From Bispira polyomma (taxonomy: Eukaryota), in the NCBI GenBank assembly GCA_965649765.1, contig OZ287759.1:46748001-46812000 (forward strand): a DNA stretch of 64,000 bases. The letters are read 5' to 3'. Every line of letters begins with the position of its first letter. The stretch's first letter is position 1. The notes beneath the pieces are model-generated. The model worked only from the letters and a program-made list of their open reading frames with translations, was not told the origin of the DNA and ran no database searches. Made by a program: the position numbers and the translations under genes. Of the stretch, positions 27,312-38,110 are shown piece after piece.

Positions 27312-27649
27312 TAATGCCCCGTTCACACATTGGCGGTGTATCAGGAAGTTACTTTAACTTGACATTTTCCATCTGTCATACCATGCTGATCTATCCAAGG
27401 GTAAGGTATGGCGTGAAACTTGTGTCCAGCTAAGTTTCACAGATGGAAACAGGCGATTACTGGCATTGAAGAGTTTACAGTAGTGATACGGAAATAAACT
27501 GAAATGAACACGTCAAAAACGTCCACCTTGCACGGCCAACTCTAAAAAGTTAAGGGAAGTTACAGATAGGGTTCCCCTTGCTACAAGACAATATTCATTA
27601 CTTTTCTTTCGTCCTCTCCATACCGCCATAGTATGAACACCACACATTA
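27312..27649. mobile_element. PIF/Harbinger-like MITE (copy 2)
   Basis: See 11790-12205; TAA/TTA flanks. Confidence 0.65.
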
Positions 27650-27784
27650 GAAAGAGTTTGCTAGAATGTGGTTATGTCTATCTAGGAGAAATAGAAGACC
27701 TGTATTCTGTGTCTAAAAAATGTCACTGTGTGCAATAAAAAAACAAATAGATCCAGACTATTTAACTTTTGACGAGAAAGTAAG

Positions 27785-27924
27785 AAGAGAAGTAGAGTTT
27801 TGTGGGAAGAAAAGTAGAGTTTTATGGGAAGAGAAGTGGAATTTTGTGGGAATAGAAGTAGAGTTTTGTGGGAATAGAAGTAGAGTTTTGTGGGAAGAGA
27901 AGTAGAGTTTTGTGGGAAGAGAAG
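27785..27924. repeat. 22-bp purine-rich minisatellite (AAGAGAAGTAGAGTTTTGTGGG) x6.4
   Basis: Six near-identical units plus a partial one. Confidence 0.95.
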
Positions 27925-28074
27925 GAAGCTTTTCGGATCACAAGACCACATGGGGGAGATGTAACCAGCCCCTGAATAGCCAACCAAACCTACTTAGCTC
28001 CCCCCCCCCCCATCTCCTTTGTGACAGTACATCTAATCTGCTGGCATTTCTTTTAACTGTCCCACCCACCTCCT

Positions 28075-28620
28075 CACTAGGGGACATTCTAACATGTCAA
28101 TTCTGAGCTATGTATACAAATAAGAACTTATGTGACCTGACAATTATCAACCATCAATCCCCTTGAATACCAGACTTAATCTCAATTAACACCTGTTTCA
28201 CTTCCTGTTCCAACATCCCCTCCCCCGGTCATCAAGGTGAAACACTGTGAGCTATGTATACAAATGACAAGAGCTCTATGTGTCCTCTTCACACAAACCA
28301 TCCATCCCCTGGACAGCAAATATGCAGCTACCTTTTACACTTCCACCTTCCTCAATAGGGAACAGTGCCCCCCCCCACACACACACACAGACACACACAG
28401 TCCTATCATCCCCTGGACAGCAGACACTAAATCTGTAGCGACCCGTTTAACATCCGCCTCCCTCACTACTGACACACAATCTCCAGTGAGCTATAAGTAC
28501 ACACATGACCTGGAACAGCAGTCCTGTCATCTTCAGGTACCATAACATCACTTTCTGCCCTCATTAAGGGGGACACACTCTGACACACCTACGATACTAT
28601 CAGGCTGTGTGTGTACAAAT
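28075..28620. repeat. Degenerate local tandem repeat, ~120-240 bp spacing
   Basis: tgagctatgtatacaaat at 28104 and 28248 with variants at 28487 and 28603; atcccctggacagca repeated. Confidence 0.6.
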
Positions 28621-31600
28621 CTCAACGTCAAGAGTTTTTTTACGACCTTTTATATAAAACAAGCATCTTAACTGAACACAGTGCACTCTCTTGCACCATA
28701 GATCTAATGATGTCCAGGGAGGTGCATACATCAATAAATAGTATCAAATCTATGATTTGGCCATTTTATTATTAGTGTTTTACCTGATAGGATATTATTT
28801 ATCTCATGTAACTCTTTCAAGCAAAGCTAAATGTCCGGTTTGGTTGTGTTTTTTGTGTATTAATAGACTTCCGGATACCCCCAGCTGATGCCTAGGTATG
28901 TTGAGATGGGATCAGCAATTCTAGAGGTTATATGAGTTTACACCAAATTACTAGGTCCCTGGATTGATATTGATATTGCAAAAAAAGCCCATGGTCTCTA
29001 CACACACTAGAAATACCTTACTCCTGGTGACTTATATTGAAGACAGAGCTAATATTTCACATCCTGGATATAAACAAACAAAACGCATCAACTTTTTTCT
29101 GGCCATTGAATACTTCGTGCACTAATCCCCCTTTTCTGCCCCTGGTTTCACCCATTACTGTATTGTGTAACTGTGTACAAGGGATGTAAAACCACTGACC
29201 ACAATGAATGGTGAAACTGATAACGAGGCTAATGAAGTTCCAGGGTAGCAATAGCGATATACCACAAAACCTGACGTCACGACCCAGTTGACCCCATGAG
29301 ACATCTCACTGTGTTGATAAAAAGAGTTGTTCTGCCTGGTGTTGTCAATATTATTAGCCTCATTTTAGAAAAGAAATATAAACTTCCACCACTTGACAGG
29401 TAGTTTGGAGATGGTGATAACTCTAGGTGGTATGAATTGCTTTTAATAGGAGTAATGCAGTGTATTTGTTCATTTGCATTATAAGCCTTGTTTAGTTACC
29501 AAAAGCAAAAACAATGGGAAAAATACATTATTATACTATTGTTTTGAAATAGTTTCCATTGATCTACCACCTGTTTTTATCACATATTCAAAAGCAACTA
29601 AATCATCTATTTCTTCTTGACTGCTTTATGTATATAGCCAACTAGCACTAGTGACTGGCATTCCCCTTAAATCAAGGAGAGAGATGGAGCTTGAGGATTG
29701 ACAGCCATTTTATCAACATTCCCAAAGGTTCTCTTAAATCTTAGCCTAGTGGGGATAAGTACCCAATGACAGAGGTGTACATCTGAGGCCACTATGGCGT
29801 AGAGCTGACCTGTACTTGGGGGTTTTTTTGTGTGTTTAAAAATTAACTTCTTTAGTAAGATAATATGTGCACAAAACCCTCAACTCTTTCCTTGTTTTTG
29901 CAAGATGTTTATTGCTAAATATAGCCAGCATACTTTATGTCAATATGTGCACACTCATGACACTCAGATATCAAGCCCCCCCCCCCCCCCCCCCCCCCCC
30001 CCGTTGTAGTTTTACAAGCCACAATTGGCCCTGTTTTTTGGACACCAGGGTTTGTTTGACATAATGTGTACATCAAGTGTTCCACACTGCAGTCCATATT
30101 TACAGTTTTTTTGTCAAAACTTCAAACACACACATACACGCATATATATCGTCGGCTCTACATGTTAAAAGGGTGTGTCAAGTCTTGTATATTAGGACAG
30201 AATAATCTGAAAGAATCTGGAAGAATCTAAAAAAAAAAACTGATACACAAATGGGGTGTAAACTACTGTGTAATGTTGATATTTTCAGTATAAAATTTAT
30301 TTTAGACAAAATGGCCTTGGAATAGTAGCAATAAATATATACCACTGAAATTTTATATTTATAGTAGTAATGTTTTAACTAATATGGAGCAATACATAGT
30401 GAACATTAACTCCAGAGAATGTTTTATCTTAACAAATAGTAGAAAAAGTAGTGGAAAACCCTTTTTTTCCAGTCAAAAAATGTCGCTTTATACACAGTAC
30501 TTTTGACAAACGGTGTCGGGTTGCAATGTGTCTTAGTAAACGATGAGTGTCTCATTGACAAGGGCTTAAAGGAGATAGTTTCCGTGTTTTTATGTATACA
30601 CCTTCCATTAAGAGATATATAAGTGACTGTTCTGGCCTCTTTTAAAGTAAAGAGTCTTATCCCTGCAGTTAAAGAGAGGTGATAGAAATCACTACTGTCC
30701 ACCTACTTAGCAACTGGTGAAATGTTTCTGAAACTGGCTTTGTGTAAAGGACATTTTGTGTGTGTTTTACAAACAGCAAAGCTCATTAAAACAGTATTAT
30801 ACTAGTTATGCAATGTGTGGTGACAGTTGCCTGTGGTATTTAGCTGCTAGGTGGAGGTCAGTAAAACTAACATTAACAAAAAAACGACAAAAGACTGGCG
30901 AAGTTTATTTACTATTGAGAGGTGGATCGACTTCCAAGTCATTCCATATATAGACCACGCCCATATTTCGATTGACAGCTAGCTCAGCACTGCTAGAGAA
31001 ATGTGAACTAAGATAGTTATATAATATCCTTAATCGGTTGATGCAATTTACAACAAAAAAAGCTTATTTAATACTACCTGAACTAGTACAGATCAATATA
31101 TATATAAAGGACTTCTTCCACTCAAGCTAATATAACAGTCTGTGCAGTGCATAAGTAAGTCATTGTGGAAGACAAAATCAAATTTACCTAATTATGAAAT
31201 ATGTTATTGAAATCTAGTTGTTCTAAGCCTACATCGGTGAAACCCACGAAAGACCACAGGTGACTGAGGAGCAGTTAGAATAAATCCTAGATGTCCTCGA
31301 ACTTTTTAAGGGCGAATCCCTCAATATGGCAATTCCTCATTTCACTAATAAAACTCTATGGTGTACGATAAAACTAGCAACTTCTTTTAAGAATTATAAT
31401 TATAACAAAAAATATTAACCTGCATTTATGTCAGAAAAAGTATAACATACATTTAAAGAATTAGTGTAGATGTTTAACTATGAATCACAATTATGTATAA
31501 CTATGTACAAAAAAAGCTAATTATTAAGCAGATTGTGCAAAAATATGCAGTATTTTTTCAAAAAAAAAACCTCTTCATTGTAAGATGATTTGTCATCGAT

Positions 31601-32454
31601 TGTCTAAACCTAATGTAAAACTTGTCAGTGTAGAGATATGACTCCATAGGTCTTATTTAAGTCAGTCACCAAAAAAACGACTAAGTATATCCACACTATA
31701 TAGTAAATGACTGAAAGTGTAGCACTATTTTTAAATTGAACTCCATGTAAAGATATATATATCTATCTGCTATCTGGCTTATCGGTGATGCAGCAGTGGT
31801 AACATTCTCGCCTCCCACCTCTGTAGTAGTGGATTTGAACCTATAAACCTTAACTTTTGCTGAAGGCTTGTTGGTGGTTTAACAGTACACAGAAATCTTA
31901 TCTCAAACTATTTATGTCTAGTTTCCAGCACCAGAAAAATAACCTGCCTTTCGCCAAAAAAGTACTTAGTTTTGGAGGGTTTTTTGAGGGATGTGAAGAA
32001 ACTGAAATTCAATCTCAATGTACTAGCAAAAACTTCACATCTTATACTACAGTGTTAACGTTTAGTGTTGGGTTTTTTAACACTGCTGTCAACCCAAACC
32101 TTTTCTGTCACATCACGGCTGGCAGTTTACTGAATGAAGGAAGGAAATCAGAACAGGGGTATAGTTGATGTTGGTCAGGGTTTTTTTCTGTTCTGCAAAC
32201 CATACTGTATCTTTAGCCAAATCTTGTATGCCAGCTTTTTATTCACCACACACATACACATGGTAGGTACCGAGATTTGAACCCACGACCCACATGTGGC
32301 ATTAGAAGGCGTGTGTATTACCACTCCACTGCACCACCGAGGACCCCCCCCATACACATACAGGTTTGCTGATCAAGTGACACATCAACATCTTTTAACT
32401 AAAAACTAAACATATCACCAAGATGTATATATATATATATATATCTGTACATAT

Positions 32455-32668
32455 AACTGCAGAACCTCTGTTATCCGAACATAATTGAGAAAAGGCAAGA
32501 TTTTTTTTGGATAATAGAATATTTTTTCAAACAAAATAGGAGAGACATTTTTAAAATTTTAAAAAAAAATTAGAAAAAAAATATAAATTTTGGGGTAAGT
32601 TGAAAATTAGTTAATATAGCATTGCATATTCGGATAACAGAAGTTCGGATAATAGAGGTTATAGAGTA
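32455..32668. mobile_element. pogo/Tigger-like MITE
   Basis: Terminal inverted repeats agaacctctgttatccgaac / gttcggataatagaggtt around an AT-rich core. Confidence 0.7.
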
Positions 32669-32687
32669 CTATATACAAGTTACTTAC

Positions 32688-32746
32688 AAATTGAGTAGAA
32701 ATGTGTGCATATCTCCCCTGCCCATACACTGCATATACAGCCTCAT
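32688..32746 (-). CDS. Coding exon 1 of secreted single-Ig-domain protein (MRLYMQCMGRGDMHTFLLN; alternative in-frame start MHTFLLN at 32710)
   Basis: In-frame ATGs (caagATG at 32746; ATG at 32710) run into a perfect donor TT|GTAAGT (intron starts 32687). Phase 2 matches the single G that opens exon 2. The join gives MHTFLLNLLLPVYIVISLSLVISHAKA, a continuous signal-peptide-like stretch. Confidence 0.65.
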
Positions 32747-32788
32747 CTTGTTATAGGTGTGTGTAATGTGTGGAAAAATCTTCAAAAA

Positions 32789-32856
32789 TGACTCACTGCG
32801 ATGACTTTCTTACTTTTAAGAAGTCAGAAGATTTCACAATACCCCAAGTTTATATA
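32789..32856 (-). promoter_or_regulatory. Candidate core promoter of the Ig gene: TATATAAA (32849-32856) and AP-1 site TGAGTCA (32789-32795)
   Basis: TATA-like box ~105 nt upstream of the first ATG. Motif match only, in AT-rich DNA. Confidence 0.3.
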
Positions 32857-33964
32857 AATATATACAATATAAAAATATATGACCCTTTTATCTCTGTCTT
32901 TGGTCACAAACACTGACACTTTTTAAATTTATATGTCCCGAAGTTCCTTAATAGTCACAATGCACAAAACAAAACTACTTCTTTTTCTTCCTTTCTTCTA
33001 TGCAGAATGATCATTAGTTATTCTTGTCATGTCCAAATAATACAGGTATAACTCTGTAGCTCAGTGGAAATCACAGTTCAAATGTACATTATTTTCAATA
33101 CAAAAATCATCATAGCAGCAAAATGTCCTGTTTTTTTTTTGTTATAACCACTCTTAACACAATTCTGTTAAAATGACAGCTACTTCTGATTTGACAATAG
33201 TCATTTATAAATCAATTATATTGTTTCATTCACCAATATATATTCCAGTACAGTTTGTGTTATCTGTAGATATAACCCAAAAAAGCCCACTTTATTTATA
33301 AAGACTCAGTAACACTTATTGACGTGCTTCAACAGCTTATATTATGTGAATAAGGTTTTGATTGTTATACCAAACTTGTAACTTATTATCAGATCAGATC
33401 ATCACCGAACACTTTCTTTCTGGAACTGAGGGGCAAATTAGGAGCACTCCTGAATTCAAACAACAAAACTCCCCCCCCCCCCCATCTCCCATTGCCTTAT
33501 GACATCATTGACTTTCACCAATGAGAAGTCCCCCTAATGCTGTACAGGTTTGAGTGGCACTAGCCACGCCCACCTCCCTGTGGCATGATTGACAGGTAGA
33601 GCTAGTTGAAGAAAGATCTTTATTGCTATATGCTATGACACGAGCCATTACAACCTCTCCACCCCCCTCCTTCCAAAATATCAACTCATTCACACAATTG
33701 TTAAATATGGAGACTTTTAGGAGGAAGTAAGACCCACAAAACACACACACGCACACACATGCATACACTCAATTGATTGGAGGAACGAACCATAAGCACT
33801 GAGATTTTTAATGGAATTCAACAGTTCGACGGAAAATGCTGTATATTGGGGAAAACATGACTTAGGTACACAAGGGACATAATAAACAGTTACATAATCA
33901 GTATATATATACACATATATGTGAATTTATATTTGGGGACAATATAATAACGCACTGAAATACA

Positions 33965-34230
33965 TCTTTTATCAGGCACCACCTGATATTGTTTTCATTC
34001 AGAAAAAGGGCACCGCCATCTTAGAAATAATACAATATGTAAAGGCCTTCATGGATTTGGTTGGAAGCAATCGACCCGTCCAAACTGAGGGGGTGTTTCC
34101 GATTAATATTTGTAGGGGGTGCGGGTCTGAGTGTATATATAGTGGCCACATCAACGTTAGTGTATTTCAAACTTGTGTGCCTATGTTTTTTTTTTTAAAA
34201 AGACAATTCTTGTTTGGTTATAAAGACCAT
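33965..34230. repeat. Unclassified interspersed repeat R5; copies ~18250-18480, 19855-19998, 52655-52757, 53585-53670 (opposite strand) and 56398-56640 (same strand)
   Basis: Shared core aaggccttcatggatt-ggttggaagcaatcgacc…ccaaactga and gtggccacatcaa(c/a)gttagtgtatttca. Confidence 0.75.
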
Positions 34231-34699
34231 GTCCCACATTGGCGAATTTTGATGGCAAATCTTAAATTAGTCATAGTTGGTAGCCAATTCCTCTCCCAAT
34301 TCTTCGCCATTCTTCCTTATTTTCTACCCCTCGCCGGTTGGGGCTACGAGAATTTTAAAATGTTGAAACCCTAAGACATACCCAAGACTTACCCATGACC
34401 ACATACTACAAGACATATAAATACATATATATATATATATATATATATTTATATGTATAAAGACTACCACCGACTAACTTAAGAGCTTACTAGAATGACC
34501 TACAAGGGGTATACGCGTATATGTGCATATTCTTTGACCCCCCTCATAATTTTTGTCTTGGAGAAGAATTGCCCCAGTTTTTGTGGCCAAAATGTATACA
34601 ACTGTCTATGTAGTATTATTGTTTTCCCGTCTGGGTATCTGCACTGATTTCTCTCACTGCTTCAACAAATAATGACATTGTCCTTATAGTCATTATCAA

Positions 34700-35375
34700 A
34701 TTCTGCTTGAAATCAACTACATCACGACTTTGAAAGCTATTGTCTCTCAACAGCCCAGGGCCGCGGCGGCATAGTGGTTAGCAAGCATTGCGCTTCACAA
34801 TCACTGGTTTCTCACCTCTGGGCGGCGTGAGTTCGAATCCTGTCGATGCCTATGTGGGAAAGGTGGTAGTTCCTTACTGTGGGCCACTGGTTTCAGTGCA
34901 GAACCTTGACCGACTGTATGCAGTGTTTCCTCCAGCGTTTCCAACTACCCGTCCCAATATAACCTACTAAAAGGTACTAGAGTAGACGTTAAATATCCAA
35001 ATTCAAATTCTCTCAACAGCCCCTACCTTGCTATTCGTCTTTCCTTCAGTAACAGCCTCAAGAGAGAAAAGAGATTTTTAGTTTCCTCTGTCAATCCGAC
35101 CAAGAGGCCTGGATCTAGAGCTTTCACTATTGCATCCCTATGTTATGGAGTATGCTCCCAGTTGAGCTTTGAATCACTAGAAACACTTTCTGGGTTCAGA
35201 AGAAAACTTAAAACCTATTGATCTTCCCCTAAATCCCCTCCCTATTCACCCACTACATCCTTTCTTATGACCTGGCTATGTTTTTTGGTGATTTTTCTAC
35301 TGGTTATTGATTCTGTTGTTGCATTCTAGAAATTGTATTGCATCAAAAAGCCACGTTAATAAATTCAAAATATAA
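34700..35375 (+). mobile_element. L2/CR1-group LINE 3' fragment (interrupted by S1); same family at ~19677-19862(-), 24080-24200(-), 26570-26720(+), 42160-42625(+), 43170-43390(-), 43930-44065(+), 50490-50890(+), 58930-59100(+), 62005-62250(+)
   Basis: Copies translate piecewise to G-x-RAFSIAAP-x-LWNSLPVELRSLETLSGFRRKLKTY, the L2-type ORF2 C-terminus, followed by a common 3'UTR. Confidence 0.8.
34757..35008 (+). mobile_element. SINE S1, full length, nested in an L2 fragment
   Basis: A/B boxes; TSD tctctcaacagccc (34743-34756 / 35009-35022). Confidence 0.92.
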
Positions 35376-37141
35376 TACCATAGAATTTGTTTGATAGGAA
35401 GTAGTTGATGGTATATATTTGGTATTTCCTATATGTATTTATATACTTCTATATTTTACTTCCTGTACCAAAATGCCTTTTAATACACCCATTTTTTTTG
35501 TATTTTCCTTATCTATTCATTCATGCATAATGTTAACATATTTACATATAGAATGATGTCTTCTGTAATGTTCCCCGCCGCTTGAGGGCAGTGAAGTCAC
35601 TTGTTCTGGAGATTTTTATTTGGCTAATAATATCATGGGAAATGTGTCAGTAAATAGTTGAACACTGAGAAATCACTCGATATATAAATATATCATTTAC
35701 TTCAATGGACCAAGATATGCATTCCAGTCCTCAGTTATCATTATTTTGTCTGCAGTTTGAGTGTTTATTTCTTATTTGCTTTGTAGGACATTATAGGTTT
35801 AAATACATGTAGATGTAGTTTTGTGAAATATATATATATATACATATATAAAATATATATATCTAAATATTCCACATGTACAAGTTTTCCCCTAAATCAA
35901 TCACATTTGAGTCATATTCAACTTGAGTTCAAAAACACTTTAATAATAAAAAAGGCATTAAAAAAAACCATCACCAGCTTATTACAAAAGAATAGTTTGT
36001 TGTACGTTTATTCGGGGGAGAGGGGGCATCATATCTCTTGAACTTCAAGTATATATTTAATGTGTTTTTTCGAATGTTTAACTGTTTAGATTGTAGATAT
36101 AGAAGGACAATGGCTCATATTGTCCTATGTGGGGCGACGGGGGCGGGGGGGGGGGGGGGGGGTCTTTTGAAAATGTTGAAACTTTATGGAGAGAAATTCC
36201 TTGAAAACCCATCCCATTTATTTCCGGGTTGGAGCTTCAACACTCCCTTTCTTTGGCCATTGCATCATTTCCTTTTAAAATATGTTGCCTATGCATGACC
36301 CCAGGGGCCCACCTTGCTTTGTAGGGCCCCGTAACTGGCTTGGAATGGATTTAGGAAATTTCCATTAAAATGCTCCACACAAAAGTGGGCTGGTAGTGAG
36401 TATAGTTTTATTACCCAGAAGTCTGTCTGTTTCTCTGACGTCAGCATGGGATTAGCTGCAACTTTTCAAGCTACTTTTGATTCAAAAGAACACACAATAT
36501 AATTACTTGCCTTCTTTGGGTTTTTCCTGATTGATCGAGCAAGAAGAATCGAGTAATGAAATTATGATTTACATATATTCCCATTTTAAAAACAATAATC
36601 ACTTATGATAATATTTCCTCTGTAAATATTACTCTCCAAATAAAATAAATAAAAAATATAGTTATGATCCTCCTTAAAAAGAGGCTCTTCTTATTCCGCC
36701 GAACAGCAGATTTACGATTACATAAATCCTCAGAAGAATAGACCATTAGTCAAAACAAAAATAAATTGATTCCTTGGTAAATAAACTTTCAAAGACTGAC
36801 TCACTGTGTGATATTTATATAGGCTTATTCTGTTAGCTTTAAGTCAGAAAATAATTAATGCAAAGTACAAGCTTATTATAGTCGCAGCTGTCATGTTATG
36901 TCAAATTGGTTTTATTTTTTTATTTTTTTTTTTATTTGCAAAAAAAAGTCGTGAATAATTCATTGCATTGTATTCAAATTTACATTCTACACATTTATCT
37001 ACATTAAAAGTGCTAATTAAACTTTTCTTGACTGCCAAAGTACGACTACCAACCTGCACCATCAACTGTCATACCCCTAACTGAAGAGAAACAGGCTTGA
37101 AGATAACATCATTTCTCAACGTCCCTGAGGTTGTTACAAGA

Positions 37142-37399
37142 AACTGGAATTTGAACTTGGATATTTAACGTCCACTCTAGTACCTGTTTAGGTTATATTG
37201 GGACGGGTAGTTGGAAATGCTGCAGGAAACACTGCATACAGTTGATCAAGGTTCTGCACTGAAACCAGTGGCCCACAGTAAGGAACTACCACCTTTCCCA
37301 CATAGGCATCGACAGGATTCGAACTCACACCACCCAGAGGTGAGAGACCAGTGATTGTGAAGCGCAATGCTTGCTAACCACTAGGCCACCGCGGCCCCC
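37142..37399 (-). mobile_element. SINE S1, full length
   Basis: A/B boxes; TSD ttgttacaaga (37131-37141 / 37400-37410). Confidence 0.92.
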
Positions 37400-37429
37400 T
37401 TGTTACAAGAGACACAGTCATTGTAGTGC

Positions 37430-37760
37430 TGTATATAATAATTATCATTTGACATAGAGCATTTTTTAACATCACTGTTATCTACTGCGCTTTGATATTA
37501 TTACCCCAGCCTGGATTCTTCAACTGGTCAACCAATTGTACAGTCTCAGCTCCCTTCGGAAACATACTAGCCGTGCTGCCACATATGGCACGCAAATATA
37601 AACACCAATTAGCGGGCCAGGTACCCATATATACACCTGGGTAGAGAGAGACAACTGTGTGTAAAGCACCTTGTCCAAAGGTACCATCACCAAGCCAGCA
37701 CGCGAACTGGGACCCTCAGATCTTCAAGGTTTTTAAAGTCTGACACTTTAACCACTATAC
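37430..37760 (-). mobile_element. Nin/Deu-domain-like SINE; related copies ~43390-43660(-) and tail ~10905-11015(+)
   Basis: Reverse complement contains ggacaaggtgctttac…ctctctacccaggtgta…atgggtacc, the conserved Nin/Deu-type core; tail shared with 10905-11015. Confidence 0.65.
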
Positions 37761-37932
37761 AAGGCTAATGTTTTTTTAACTACAACCAATGACCAGGCAT
37801 TCTCTCTGGTACACATTCCAATTAGTATGTGAAGGAATAATCTGACAGAAGAAAAGGTTTGTAATCACAGTTTAATCGTAACCAGCAGATGGATGTTATA
37901 AAGTGGACGAGTCCGCATGCAAAGGCGAGAGT

Positions 37933-38110
37933 AAAGCCCATTGCACACTGAAACCGATGCGACGTGACTCGACACGGCAAAAAAATAGAAACCTAATAAA
38001 ATAACCAGCCATTTCAGACTGAAGACGACGCGACGCGACATGACACGTCACGACGTGACCCGTTTTTTTAAATAGAAATTTCTCTATATTTTTGTGGTGT
38101 CGCGTCTGAG
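37933..38110. mobile_element. Harbinger-like MITE end with CGACG pentamer array
   Basis: gccccattgcacactg…cgacgcgacgcgacatgacacgtcacgacgtgac. Confidence 0.45.

Noticed and set aside
34758-34845. SINE heads as tRNA genes (CTTCACA could suggest Sec or Val)
   Set aside because: A-B box spacing is too long, there is no acceptor stem or terminator, and the sequence continues into the SINE body.
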